Assembly (NCBI GenBank): GCA_951406725.2
Contig: OX597815.1
Coordinates: forward strand, 127,906,001-127,970,000
From: Octopus vulgaris
Taxonomy: Eukaryota
Reading direction: 5' to 3'
Length of the DNA stretch: 64,000 nucleotides
In this document: piece by piece, positions 1 to 13,776 of the stretch
How positions within the stretch are numbered: position 1 is the stretch's first letter
How the letters are laid out: the number at the start of each line of letters is the position of its first letter
Translations under genes and position numbers: made by a program
Notes under the pieces: generated by a model
Told to the model about the DNA's origin: nothing
The model's database searches: none
The model's input: only the letters and a program-made list of their open reading frames with translations

Positions 1-112
1 ACTCTTGGACGCATTTTGGCTGCAATCTGTGTACATACTGGGATACTGACGTTGATGTTGCTACAATTTAATTAACCTTCATTCTTTGAAGCTGCAACTC
101 TCATTTGCATTA

Positions 113-545
113 GTTACTATGAAGTAAGTTCATCAGGAATATCAGATAACAAGACATCCAGTTGTCTTTTAAAAACATTTATATCCACACCAAAAAGATT
201 TCCCAAGCTTTTTGGCAAAAATGTGAAGTGCAATGGACCTTTGAAACCTAAACAATGCACTATCTGGTTCAAACTTTACATAGCAAAAGTTGAAATTTTG
301 GCATTGTGCACTAGTGTCCTTTACAAGGACTTTTGTAGTTTTCAATGACAAAGGTTGTTTCAAGCTCTTTGAAGTTCTTCAAGATGTATATCTTTCTAAT
401 CTTCACTTCAAGGAAGTCAGTAATTCCTCTGATGCATTGAGGCAAATATCAGGGTGTAGTAGCATTAGATTGCTTCAAGTTATGAGGTTAATTTCATTCA
501 ATGTGCTTACAATAATTGAGAGCAGCATATACAGGGCATGATGGG
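113..545 (-). mobile_element. CR1/L2-like LINE 3' fragment
   Basis: Minus frame LGFKGPLHFTFLPKSLGNLFGVDINVFKRQLDVLLSDIPDE, typical of the C-terminus of this LINE group. Confidence 0.65.
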
Positions 546-1074
546 TATTTCAGAAAATTTACTTATCGGTATATTATTTTCTTCAAAGCAGTTAAAAAGG
601 TTGTTTTTTCTAGATCCATCATAGTAAATAACATGTTAACATGAGAAATGAAAAGATATGCATTCATTGTGTAGAACAAAGTGATTTAGAAATTGCCAAC
701 TGTCCAAATGTTGCAAGATCCTCCCATCACTCTTCTAACTATGGCACTACTCATCCCTATCAATATGTACTTTCCACTGATCAGCCCTCTTTCCTCCTAC
801 CCTTTCGATTTCCCTCAACTTTAACAACTCTTAGATATATTTTACAATCTTTTTTATTATACAAAGTTCAGATGGAATTGAAAGACTCTAGCAGAATGTT
901 TCAATTGTATCAAAGAGGAAAAAAAAAAATTCTAAATGTTCAGACATAATAAGGATACCATAATTCATCCAACAGGCGCAAAACATTGATGATTCTGAAA
1001 ACATTGAGGCTCACCACCAAAGAACCATAGGTGTTGGAATGGATTATCAAAATCGTGGTCCACAAAGACATTTA

Positions 1075-1850
1075 ATACAAGTCATATGTACTGAGGAGAA
1101 GCTGATTTATGTCAGCGAAAACAGGAAAACCATTTGATCTATGCCAAGTGGTTACTTAATGAGGTAAAAACCTTCACAAACATAGCATGTTTGGTTCTTT
1201 GATGAGAAAAACTTCAGTATGTGCAGATCCTTCTGTTATTCATTGAGTAATGAACAATAAGTTTCCAGCAACTATGACGGTTTTAGGAGTGGTGAGTAAT
1301 GAAGGTCATGTCACACAACTTCACATCTTTTAACAAGATATTAGAATTAAAGCTGTTGGATACATCGAAGTGTGGAAGACATTTGTTAAGCCTTGGATAG
1401 GTGAAGTGTCCAGTGAAAGGCCATGCATATTTCAACAAGACTCAGTACCATCTAACAAAATCCAAGAATCAATGCCAGACAATCTAGACAATCTTTAGTC
1501 ATATGGCACCTATCTTGTGACATACACAATCACTAGATTTAAATCCCATTGATTACATTTGGGTTATTGTTGCAAGGGAGACTAATCAATTTACTCAAGA
1601 TATCACAGCTTCACTGAACACTGCCATTGTCCAGGTGATATCCAAAAAAAGGCCTGTTTAGTGTAGATATGTCAAAAATCTGTGACTCATCAATTTTTCT
1701 TCCCCACCTCTGATTTCCCTCATCAAAGTTGAAGGCATGTTCTTAGAATAATCTTATAAAAATGCTTATTGAGAGAGAACTTGTGCAGGAATTTTTATTA
1801 AAATACATTTGGCTTTTGTTAGATTAGAGTTATTTATTGAATTACCCCCT
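1075..1850 (+). mobile_element. Decayed maT-type transposon fragment (same family as 18655-20340)
   Basis: KFPATMTVLGVVSNEGHV...FVKPWI...IFQQDSVPS; shares gccaagtggttacttaa with 19151. Confidence 0.75.
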
Positions 1851-2089
1851 ATGAACATACATACCTACTTACAAATCTAACAAGCCCCCCCACACACACA
1901 CACACACACATACAAAAGCATCTCTTTTACCTTTGTAACAATTGACTATGACACCTTCCTGTAAAATCTAATTAACCACAGGGGTTAGTACACTTGCATC
2001 CTGAGCAGTTTTTAAGAATTTCAGCAGTAATTCCTAGAAAAAGTAGTCTTTGTAAATGGAAGATGCACAGGGGGAATAAACACTTGAGG

Positions 2090-2700
2090 CATACAGGAAA
2101 GAGATTTTCTCAAATGCCAAGGAGGTTCTCTAGAGACATAGATAATTTCTGCTATCTAGGTGGCTTAACTAGCAGTGAAGCAAGATATTTTGAATGTTTA
2201 ATTATTAGAATAAGAATAGGACAGTGAATGTTCAGAGGACTATTAACTCCCAGAGTGAAAGTCCGATTGTATGATGCTTGGGCATGAAATGCAATGCTAT
2301 TTGGTATGAGATGTGGGCACTGAACACAGAGGACATGTGAAGACTGGAGAAGAATGGAGGGGATATGCTCCCTTGGATCTACATCAATGTGCATGTACTA
2401 TAAAGAGTAAATGTGTTAAGAGAAAAATAAGATATAAGAAGAATCAGAAGTAGCATATAAGAAACAAGACTGTGATAGTTTGGTCATGTGATGGATATAG
2501 ATGAAGACAGCTGTATAAAGAAATGCCAATTGCTTAAAATGGATGGAAATAGTAAAAGAAGGAAACTCAGGAAGATGTGAGATAAGGTAGCAAAGGCTGA
2601 TCTCAGGATACTGAGCCTCACAGAATAGATGAGAAAGGACCAAGATGAACATCAGTTCATTGTATTCAAGAACTGTGAATCATGGTGAAAATGAAATGCT
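2090..2700 (+). mobile_element. Old RTE 3' fragment
   Basis: DNFCYLG, RIRIG, RVKVRLYDA remnants. Confidence 0.7.
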
Positions 2701-4521
2701 AAAAGCATTATGCCTGTATATGTTAGGCCCTGAAACCAATCTACCCACATCAAGCATTCCCTTACATCTCATCTTTCTTGCATCCATTCTCCCATCACTC
2801 TTCTATAGCACTACTCAGCGCTATAATCATTTGAGAGCAGAATCAGCACATATTTCATCCTCCTTTTACTCTATTAGTTACCTCCTTCTTCCTCTGGAAC
2901 CACTTCTTTTTAAACTCCAGTCCTTATTTTCATTATCATCCCAGTCAATGTACAATTTCCACTAATCAACCCTTTTTCAGTACCATCAATTTTTCTTCCC
3001 CACCTCTGATTTCCCTCATCTTTTACAAGTGTGATATCAGGTATCTTTTTCTCATATCTGCTATTGATGACAGCCCCAACTCCCTAATCACTTCTGTCTT
3101 CCCACTCACTTTAGCCTCTAACCTCCATCTCTACGACTGTCACTTGCCTTCCATCCCCATCCAATTTCAAAATTTGCACAGCATCTTATTACTTCTGATT
3201 TGTCCACCTATTTATGATACTGCTACTCTCCATACCTCCTATGCTGCTGCTTATCACTCTTCCTTTCTGAGCCACTTCTATTTCTCTCACTCTCCCACTT
3301 CAATACTGATATTTACTATCAGCTACACCTCCACCCTTGTTCATCACTCACTACAGCTAATTCCAGCCCCATCTCTACCTGTCAATATTCTCTCATACTC
3401 TTATGAAATTACCCTTCTGGTCCTCTTCCCTCCTGATCTACTACCTTTTTTCTCCTTCATATTTACCTTCTTATATTTTGAGAGTATACTCTGGCACTCA
3501 TCCCCACCATCCTTATCTCCCAGCTACTATCACTCACCCTCATGTGAAATAGGGTAACCATGTATCTCCTCTATAGCAAAATACCTCTGCTTGTCACTCT
3601 ATCATACTTCTGCCTCCAATACCAGCCATAAAGTCACCTCATTTCTCAAATACATGTCCACTCAGTCGAGGAGACATTTTCTTTGTTTTCTTTTTTGTCT
3701 TGCAAGTTACTTGGCAACTTCACCATTGGTTGTGCCATAAAAAAGTACTCAATACACACTGTAAAGTGACTGACACTAGGAAGGGTATCCAGCCATAGAA
3801 ATTATGCCAAAGTTGACATTGGAACTTACTGCCAAACTGTCCAGCCTATACCAGCAAATAAAATGAACATTAAATGATGATGATGATGATGATGATGATG
3901 ACAACAGTGACAACAATGATGATGATGATGACAACGGTGACAACAATGATGATGATGATGTATGTATGTTTGTATAAGTATGTGTTTGTGTGAATGTATG
4001 GAAGTGAGTTCATATTTCCTTTTTCTTGATATCTTTGCTGCCATTAGCAAAGCATGTCCAAACTATTTGTTGCTAAAGAAACTGCAAAATTATTTTCTTT
4101 GAAAATATGTGAGAGTTGAGCTTCTCATTGAAATTCATATACTTTTGGTGCAAGCAGAAAGAATAAAGAGAAAGGAACTGATTTGTTTGACCAGACAGAC
4201 ATTGTTCATTGTCCTCTTACCATGCTGGCATGGGTGGGACGGTTTGACTGGAGCTGGTGAATCTGGAGCCTGTGCTATGCTTCTGTATTTTGTTTTGGCA
4301 TGGTTTTTATGGTTGGATGCCCTTCTTTAAATCAATATTCCGTTGAGTGGGCTGGTCTACAAAATTTATGGTCTTAAAACCATAAAATAAATATAGAAAA
4401 CTTAAGAACTTACTACAGATGTGACATGTGTGTATGAATGTGTATATATATTATACTGTTACCATTTCATATCAATAAGAATGGAAACCCACGAAAAGAT
4501 AATTTAAGTTTAAATACTTAC

Positions 4522-4641
4522 AAATACTTCTACTGTATATTCAAAAAAGTTTCTTGTTTCATAGTCCAGTGCTTTTACTACTGTGATGAAACCATTATAT
4601 TTATCTTCAATTTTCATGTAGTCTTCAATTCCTTTTGAATT
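4522..4641 (-). CDS. Cadherin gene coding exon 8
   Basis: ttttcttttacttgtag/AAT...TTT/gtaagt; 120 nt; NSKGIEDYMKIEDKYNGFITVVKALDYETRNFFEYTVEVF (LDYE motif). Confidence 0.95.
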
Positions 4642-7600
4642 CTACAAGTAAAAGAAAATGAAATGTTTAAGTTTCATTATTTGTTTTTTTATTTGTTTAA
4701 TAATGTGTGTATTTACTTGTTAATCATTATTAATATTTCAGTAGTCTTTTTTAATTTGCTTTCAAGGCACAATCAACCACAGTCCTGGTTGCCTTAAAGT
4801 ACATGCAATGATTTGTTTAATATTTGTCTTACATTGCATTAAGTGTTCCATATAATATGTATGCGGTACATAGTAGTGAGATTTCTGTATATAGCATGAA
4901 CATGTATGTGTGTGTGAGAGAGAGAGAGAGAATTCTGGTGTTTTGGTTATGTATTCATCATGCATCTATTCTTTGTATTATCTCAAGGTTGCTGATATTA
5001 TGGGGGATTGTTTGTTTTCAATCACATTATACTTATAGACATCTCTTCTTGTATGTCTTCATACCTGGAAAGTGACCTTATTTCTTTCTGTTAGGATGCC
5101 TTTTTTTTTGGTTTTTTCCTCTTTCTTGGGGTTATTTAACTTAATATCACTGCTTGTGTAAATCTATATGTACAGTCACTTTCACCTTCTGTAGAATCCT
5201 TTTGTAGTGTATATTTGCACCACGTCTTTCCTTCAATGATTTCACAATAATGGCATAATGTCAAATGTATGAAACCTCCAATTCTGTCAGGTATGCATAT
5301 ATTCCCTTTTGTCATAGACTGCACTAATTATTTCTTTACAACCTCCACATATTTTACATTTCCAACTTCGTTACAAGTTTTTGCAGTTTCTGGTGTGTTG
5401 CTTTGTTCTTGTGCCACAAATCAAAAACAATTTAGTCTCAGCTGTAAGTTCTAAGCTTCTCAGCCAGTCCTGAGTTTTCCCTATTATTTATTGTCCTCTT
5501 TCTTCTTTTCAGCCTTTTCATCTATTGGCCATGTAGTGTCTTTCCTTTGCATCATTTTATCATGCTAGTTCTCTATCTCCATTTTGAACTTTTTGTTTCC
5601 ACAATATCTCTTGTTATTTTTCTATCATTCTCACAGCTGAAGGTTATTTCAACCTCAATTTTGTAGTTAATGATCTGATAAGAAACAAAAAGCAGTTTTG
5701 CTTTTATTCTTGTTCATCTTTTGTCACCCTTTGTATTAGTCTCCTTTTATTCTTAAATAATTTTGTAGTCCCACATTTGATATCTTATAATAGTTTTCTA
5801 CATGCATAATACCCCTACACCCCAGTATTCATGGTGAATATAATATTCGTATGTCAGATTTTGAGTGGCATATTCTAAATACAAATCATTATTTCCAGTC
5901 TGGTCTAACCAAGTCATTTAGCATCCAGTTGAGAATATTAAGCTATAACTAATTACCAATACAGCAAAAGTATTGATGTGCATGAACTTTTTAAGAATTA
6001 ATCTAATAAATTTGTAATATTCTACCCTAACATTTTCTTTCATTTGTACATAGCAAGTTATCTGCTAATTATAAATCTGTCTCAATTTAACATTTATTTA
6101 GGTATAATATGGTATGTCTATATTTTATATATTTCCCTCACTTTTTAGGTGGCTTTGGTACATTGTTTTAAAAGGTATTTTGTACTAATCTCCATATTAA
6201 AGCTGTACACCATGTCTCACATGCAAGGTTTCTTGCTTTTCATGTGCAGAATACAACTTGAGTACATTAACTTTTAACATTGTATTGAAACTTTTCAAAG
6301 TTAAAATCTCAGTGCTGTAATAACTGAGCAGAACATATTTGCAAATGGGTTTGTTTATTCAAATGTTTATAAGTCTTTCATTATGGCTAGATTATTGTCA
6401 AAATAGACAGTATTGTAGAAAAGACTTAGTCTTATTTGTGTTGAATTTTATGTATACAAATGAGATTGGTAATTAATATCATAATATTAACTGAAAACAG
6501 ATACAATATTTAAAAAATGATGAAAAGAAAGATATTGGTAATAAATATGGGCATACAAATATCACAAACAAAATACGTGCATTTTCCAGCAGATTTTTAA
6601 GTTCATTATTGTTAGCCCAATGATAAATATACCCAAGTCTGCCCAAATTTCAAAGCATTAGAAGAAAGTGATAGATCCTTATAGCTTCTTAGTTGTACTG
6701 TTGAAATCACAAGAAGAAAAAATTGAGAAAAGATATTCAACAAAACAAAAAGGCTCACTGTCTAAACATTCTTCAGATAATATTTTTTTCAAGTTACTCA
6801 ATGAAGAATTAGACAGATCAAAGTCAGATATTGAGTGTGCATGAAAGAGATATATTCCTCTAGTTATCACCTTCAAAAACTTATCTGCTATAACCATTTT
6901 TAAAATTAAGTTTCTATAAAACAGAGTCTAGGAAAAAATCACAAAAATTCAGCAACACATTGAGTTGATGCTAATAACAAGCATTGCAAAACATAAATGA
7001 TTTTCTTCGATTAGAGAGTTCATAACCTTCTTTACAACAAACGTAAACGAAGATGGTTTGGTCCTATTTGTTTCATGTTGTATAGAATGTTAAGAGTTAA
7101 TATATAACAGAAAGTTGTTATCGAAATACTTATACCCATAGTCAGTCTGGCTTAGCATTTATTCCAGAGGAACATGCAGAAAAGGTATGAGGACAGAGAG
7201 TCTACGTGGAATATTCTTCTTCTAATAGCAATGTAGTTCATTTTTATGTTTACCTCTTCTGTTTGAATCTCCAAATTTATTTCTCATTCATTTCACATGG
7301 TTGGTGTATTCACTTGTGATTGGCTAATGTTTCAAGAATCAATGAGTGGAGAACACTATAAAAGCCTTCTGGATACCAATCAACCTATGCCAAGATCTGA
7401 CACTTTTTTCTCATCCTAGAGTTTTCAGTTATGATTTAACTGATTATTAAGTGATCTTTGTATGCATAGGTGCAGGCATGGCTATGAAGTTAAATAGTTC
7501 ATTTCACAACAAAATAATTTTGGTTTTAGTCCTACTGAGCAGCACTTTAGTCTTCTGCTATAATATTCAGACTGTCCTATGTCTTGTGAGTAAATTTGGT

Positions 7601-9474
7601 AGATGAAAATAGAAGGCTGTTGTAATATATATGTTTGTCTTTACGTTCTGAGTTCAAATTCCGCCGAGATTAACTTTGTTTTTTAGCCTTTCTGGGATGA
7701 TAAATTAGGCACCAGTTGCACACTTGGATCGATCTAATCAACTGCCCCACTTCCTCAACAATTTTGGGCCTTGTGCCTAGAGTAGAAAATAATATATGTG
7801 AGGGTACCCAAAAGAAGCCAGAATTTTGCAATATTATTTTATTCACACAGTTCTATATGTTTACACTTTGATCACTTTCAAACTCTTCTCCATTTCAAGC
7901 AATGCATCATTCCAGATGCATTTTCCACTGTTCAAAGCAGTGCTGGAACTCTTGCAAAATGATGCCTTTTAACACCTCTGTTGTTCTTCACTTCACCTCT
8001 TCTACATCTGCAAATTCCATAGCACCAGATTTCATCACCAGTGATGACCTTCAAAATAAAAAAAAAAGGTCTGGATCAGTTTCCAAATATTCTTTCAGTT
8101 CATGACATGGATTCAGTTGTGACTGTTTTTGATCTTCCGAGAGTAAGTGAGGCACAAATTTTGCTGCAACTCTTTTCATTCGCAATTCCTTGCTCAAAAT
8201 TTGTTGGCAGGAGCTCCAAGACACACCAATCATATCAACAAGTTTGTCAACTGTCAGTGATGGTATTCCAAGATCGGTTCATGAATTTTCATGATGGTTT
8301 TAATCATTCAGGAGGTCAATGGATACCCTGAATGAAGTTGGTTTTCAAGTGACAAATGACCATTCCTAAAAAGTGGAAACTTGTGTTTTGCACATGGCAG
8401 TGTCTTTGTAAGTTACTTGAAGCATAACAACTGTTTTGGCAGCCATTTTCCCCAGTAGAAAACAGAATTTCATGGAAGCATGCTGTTCCTTCGTTTCAGC
8501 CTTCACAAAGATTAATGCACAGGGAAGAAGCACTGAAAAACAAAGACACACCACATGGCAGTAGGACTACACTCAACGACGCTGCCCAGCATACACGTGC
8601 TTGAGGATTACATCAAGTGGCTTCTACAGGCAGAAGTCTGAACTACAGTGGGCTTGTCCCACAGAGAATGTTTCCAGTTACTTTTGGGTACCCCCTTATA
8701 TATATGTATGTGTGTGTGAAAATTACTCAATCATGCCCAGTTTTATACTTCTGGGGAACCAATATTTTGCAGCCTGAAACAGAGTGTTCAATGATCTCGA
8801 TTTGCTCATTGCAAAATCAACACTTTGGGTCTGTTACATTTCTGATCTCATTGACTTGAAAGTTGTATGTTGAAAGAAACTGATTTTGTGCAACCACAAT
8901 GAAGTCCTCACTCTGTTTTTAGTCCAGAAATCAGCAACATGGGTGAAATTTTGATTTTATATAAAATTCTTTGCTATGGAGAACATACCACCAGTGCAGT
9001 GGTTTTTGTTCCCATTTAGGGCACAGTTTCTGTTAACCATTTTTCACCAACATTACCCTCAATTTCAGAATGACCATAATTTTCAGTGTACATGTTGCAG
9101 ATGTGTTACCAGTGCCGGTGGCATGTAAGAGAACCATCCGTTCGTGACCGTTGCCAGCGCCGCCCCGACTGGCCTCGTGCCGGTAGCACGTAAAAAGCAC
9201 CATCTGTTCGTGTCCATTGCCAGCCTCGCCTGGCCCCCGTGCCGGTGGCACGTAAAAAGCACCATCCGTTCGTGGCTCTTTGCCAGCTCTGTCTGGCACC
9301 TGTGCGGGTGGCACATAAAAAGCACCCACTACATTCACGGAATGGTTGGCATTAGGAAGGACATCCAGCCGTAGAAACACTGCCAGATCTGACTAGGCCT
9401 GATGAAGCCTTCCGGCTTCACAGACCCCAGTTGAACCGTCCAACCCATGCTAGCATGGAAAACGGACGCTAAAC

Positions 9475-9514
<40 letters not shown>

Positions 9515-12500
9515 CCTAACTCTTCCACAAACTTCCAACTTTCTTTCAAGATTTATCGCAAACTTTTCTTCCTTCCATATTCTGAAACTGTTTTCAACAT
9601 CCAATAATCTGAAGTTTTAAGGTATTGTTTGAGCCCAACACTTGATATTTTGCACAGCAGCTCAAGCGCAATCATTCCTCTAACTCTACTTCATCCAGAG
9701 AAATAAAGGTGATCCACATCTGCTTTTGAGTGATCTAATTTATTATAGGTCAAAATTTTTCCAATTTTTTAGTCCATTTTCATTATTGTTCCATTTTATG
9801 ATATTGCAATCATAGTTGATAACTGGGATTGTAAGGGTATTTATAGCAGATACACATTTCATTCTTTGAGTTGAGCTCTGTTTTTAAGACAGCACATACT
9901 CTCCTGTAGCGTTCCTTTTGATTGTTTCTTTCATGCTAGCATAATGAATACTTTAGCCTTCATTGACGTCTCAAATACTTTTAGGTTTGATCTTGTTCCA
10001 TAATTACTACACCCACATCTTTATCCATTGGATATGTGCTTGTCATTCTGCCTTTCACACATTTTTCCAGCCCAAACTCTACCCCTGCTTCATCACTGAA
10101 CACCTTAACTCTCTTTAACAGTCTTACCAACATGTTGTCATTTTCGGCATGCAGTTTCAAATCATCCAAAATACACAGATGGTTGTAGTTTTTGCTATCT
10201 ATTTTGTAGCCATTTTTTGTTGAAATCTACAGTTAAAGGTTTGAATGCAATTCAAAATAAAAGAAAGAGAAAATGAGTTATCTTGAAAAAGTTAATGCTT
10301 ATGCTGCTGGAATTTATATTAACAGTTGTAGTGTATGACAAAGTTAGATGTGTATTCTATACAGACATGTATTTCAGGAATTTGATATTACTGGGAAAAT
10401 CCTCAGAACACCCAAAGTTTTCAAAATTCATGAATGGGGCACACAATCAAATGCACTTTTTAATAATAAATCCAAGCAGTTCTCAAACTTCTTTTCTTGT
10501 TATGATAGTTTAATTAGAAGTTGGTCTTCACAGCTATAAGACCCACAGTGGTAACCTTTCTGCTCAGTAGGGAAATGAATTTTGTTCATAAATTTATACA
10601 TCGTCTCAGTCAAAATTGAGGTGAGCATTTTGTATGAAGTGGAGAAGCAGGCAATAGTATGATCATTTCTGAAGAAATGGCCAAGTCAGCCTCTCTAAAT
10701 TATTGACCATTTCTTCTATGTTCTTTATTCATTCTACATTCTCATTATGGGTATTTTCTGTACTTCTATCTTTTTTCCAAAATTCATCAATCTCATGAAT
10801 TGAAGGAGTTTCTTTTGTCTATAACCCAATTTCCATGTAAAAACATCTTTTGCATCTGACATAAACAACTGTTGCCTGTGAAGTTTGTTTCATTTATCAA
10901 ATCTCATTTTTTGAGCTTTCAGCAGTACTTATTGTTTCAGGGTCTCTTTGATTGATGGAGTATCATGTTTTGAAGTGAAGTTACTTAATATTTCTTAATC
11001 ACCTTCTGTCCTTATCTTGACAGATTTGCTAACATATATTTAATCCAAGATTGATAATTCTACTCTCATCATTTCAATTTCTTACTCAATTTTTATCTTC
11101 CAGTTTTTTTTGTTTTTTTTTTAGTGCAGTGTCCTTTTTGCCTTTTCATTGACACACATTTCCTTTATATTACCATTACTGTGGCATATATAACTTCATT
11201 CAGTTCTGATACATCAAGCTCCATCTCTTCAATTATTGCTTTAACAGCCTGATTTCCAATTCTTATGTGTCCTGGGATTGTTGGGATTGCTTTTCAGTTT
11301 TTGCAATGACTTTCTTTCATTCATACTAATGTTTTTTACTTTTCCAAGTTCATTGAGAAATTTCTTGTTAGGGTTAGGGCTTGGATTAGGGTTAGGGTTA
11401 GGGTTCTAGCCAATCTTAAAGCTCATGACTAAAAATATCTTCATCCATATTGTTAATATATCTTTCAACTTAAACTTGCTCTGTGGTATTTCTGATATTT
11501 TCATTTTTTTTTTTGTGCAATTTCTTCTGGTGACAACTTGGTCACAAAGTTTTAAGGTTTCTCTACTGTCATGTATTCATTTTCATCCTTCCTTCGTGTT
11601 TATATTTTCAAATCTTTCCAACTTTCCTCTTGATTTCATTTAATTCTGTATCTGTTAGTCATTTGTTTCTAAGAATGTGTCTTATATTTGTAAGTTTGTT
11701 TTCATCCATGTTTGGTCTAATGTCTAGATTTCTTTCTCTCCATACCTTAAAAGAATTTACCATGTATTTGGATTCAGATTATTTGCCCAATGAGCAATAG
11801 AATGTATATATCACTTACTTGTAAGTTTCTCAGGTTCATTTGTAACATTTAGATCTTTGTCTTCTTAGTGCATCTGAACTTGAAAGGACTGGGTTGAGAT
11901 TAATCTTATTCAAGTCCATATTTGGAGAAGAGCTTGTTTCAAATGCAAACTTTTCAACCCCAGGCTGATTCCTCCTTGAGGGATGCAGCCCTTGTTGATT
12001 CAAGTGACAACTGATCTGGTATGTGTTTTCGTCTATAGACATTGCGAATTTTTTGTATTTTTTTGTTTAGTTATACATTTTATCTGTTCCTATCAAAGGA
12101 TGATTTTGTTGAAGATAATACATCTAGGACAATTATCAAACAAGACTAGTAAGCTTATCCTGCCCATGATACACAGCTACTCAACGTATTTTTGTTGTTG
12201 TTGTTATTTGCCAAATGTTGAACCAACTGAGGGACCAGCTATCTGAATTGACAGTAACTTGGTAGATAAAACAGTTAAGGATATGAAGACAAGGAAACCC
12301 TTCAGCCCCTCAAGAATCACTGCTGTAATGCTTAAAATATTTGACAGTGTAGGCTAGTCTAGTCACCCACATAGTTAATAAGGTGATGCACAGAGGAGTC
12401 ATACCCAACAACCAGTGTAGCAGCACCATAGTCAGCTGCTACAAAGGTAAAAGTAACACCTTAGATAGAAATAATTACAGAGGTATCAATCTGCTGGATC

Positions 12501-13721
12501 AAGTGATAAAAGCCACGGAGGGGGTTACAGCCCAACTAATTAAGGAGAGAATTAGTTTAGATGAGATGCCAGGGAGAAACACTGCTGATGCCATATTTCT
12601 GGTAAGGCAGCTGCAGGAGAAATACTTAGCTAAAGATAAACCTCTGTACCTGGCTATTGTTGACTTGGAGAAAGCCTTTTACAAGGCCCCTGATCCATTA
12701 TCTGGTGATTAATGTGGAAATTACGGATAGACAAGTGGTTGATGAGAGCTATACAAGCCATGTACAGGGAGTAAGGTGTCAGTAAGGTGAGGGTTGGCAA
12801 TGAGTATAGAGAAGAATTCAGGGCACAAGTAAGGGTTCACCAAGTAGGGGTTCACCTCAGTTCCTTCTTGTTCATCATAGTCCGCCAGGCGATAACAGAG
12901 GAATTCAAGACAGGTCGCCCCTATGAGTTCCTCTATGCTGATGACTTTGCTCTTATAGCTGAATCACTACCAGAACTAGAGAAAAAGTTTCAGATGTGGA
13001 AGCAAGGTCTAGAATCAAAGGGCCTTAGAGTTAAATTAGCAAAAACCAAAGTCTTAGTAAGTAGGAAGGTGGACAAATCACAAATCCCTTAAGGTAGATG
13101 GCCCCAATTGATCTGTTGAAAAGGCATAAGTAGGAACTCCATAAGATGTACCTGGTGTAAGTTATGGACACATAAGAGATGCAACAATATCAGAGGAAAG
13201 TTAACAGGGCAGATAGTTTTTGTGTGTTGAAGGTGCACAGGTACAACAAACATCAGAAACGTACAGAAAATAGATTCCATCAAATTCCAGGGGAGAAAAC
13301 TAGAAGTAGTCGATAGCTTCTTTTACCTAAGTGACCAAATCAATAGCAGGAATGGATGCTTTGAAAGCATACCTGCTAGAATAAGAATAGGGCAAAATTC
13401 AGAGAGCTCCTACCTCTCCTCGTAACAAAGAAACTCGCACTCAGAATGAAAGGCAGACTGTATGATACCTGTGTGTGAACAACCTTACTACACAGCAGTG
13501 AAACATGGGCTGAGACTGCTGAGGACATGCATAGGCTCGAAAGAAATGTATTGGCTCCTCAGCTCACAAAACTGGGGGTGCTCCCGTTTTGCTGCAAGTT
13601 GCAGTACACCGCTGCCAAGACATCTCCAAACAAGTCTGGCATACAACTGTAAAGCTCATAGGATAGACCATCCAAATCCGGCGATTTGTCCCTCAAGCAT
13701 TCTGCCATCGCATCCCTCACT

Positions 13722-13776
<55 letters not shown>

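Noticed and set aside
1915-1965. Apparent minus-strand exon (ttttacag...AAG/gtaaaa)
   Set aside because: Translates as VIVNCYKGKRDA, an RTE reverse transcriptase scrap, not cadherin sequence.
7300-7365. ATTGG (CCAAT) plus TATAAAA promoter-like pair
   Set aside because: Such motifs occur often by chance in AT-rich DNA; no downstream gene or LTR boundaries were identified.
9399-9425. CTGATGA followed by a small hairpin
   Set aside because: No GAAA or stem III; it is a mutated ggcctggtgcagcc segment of the repeat tail.
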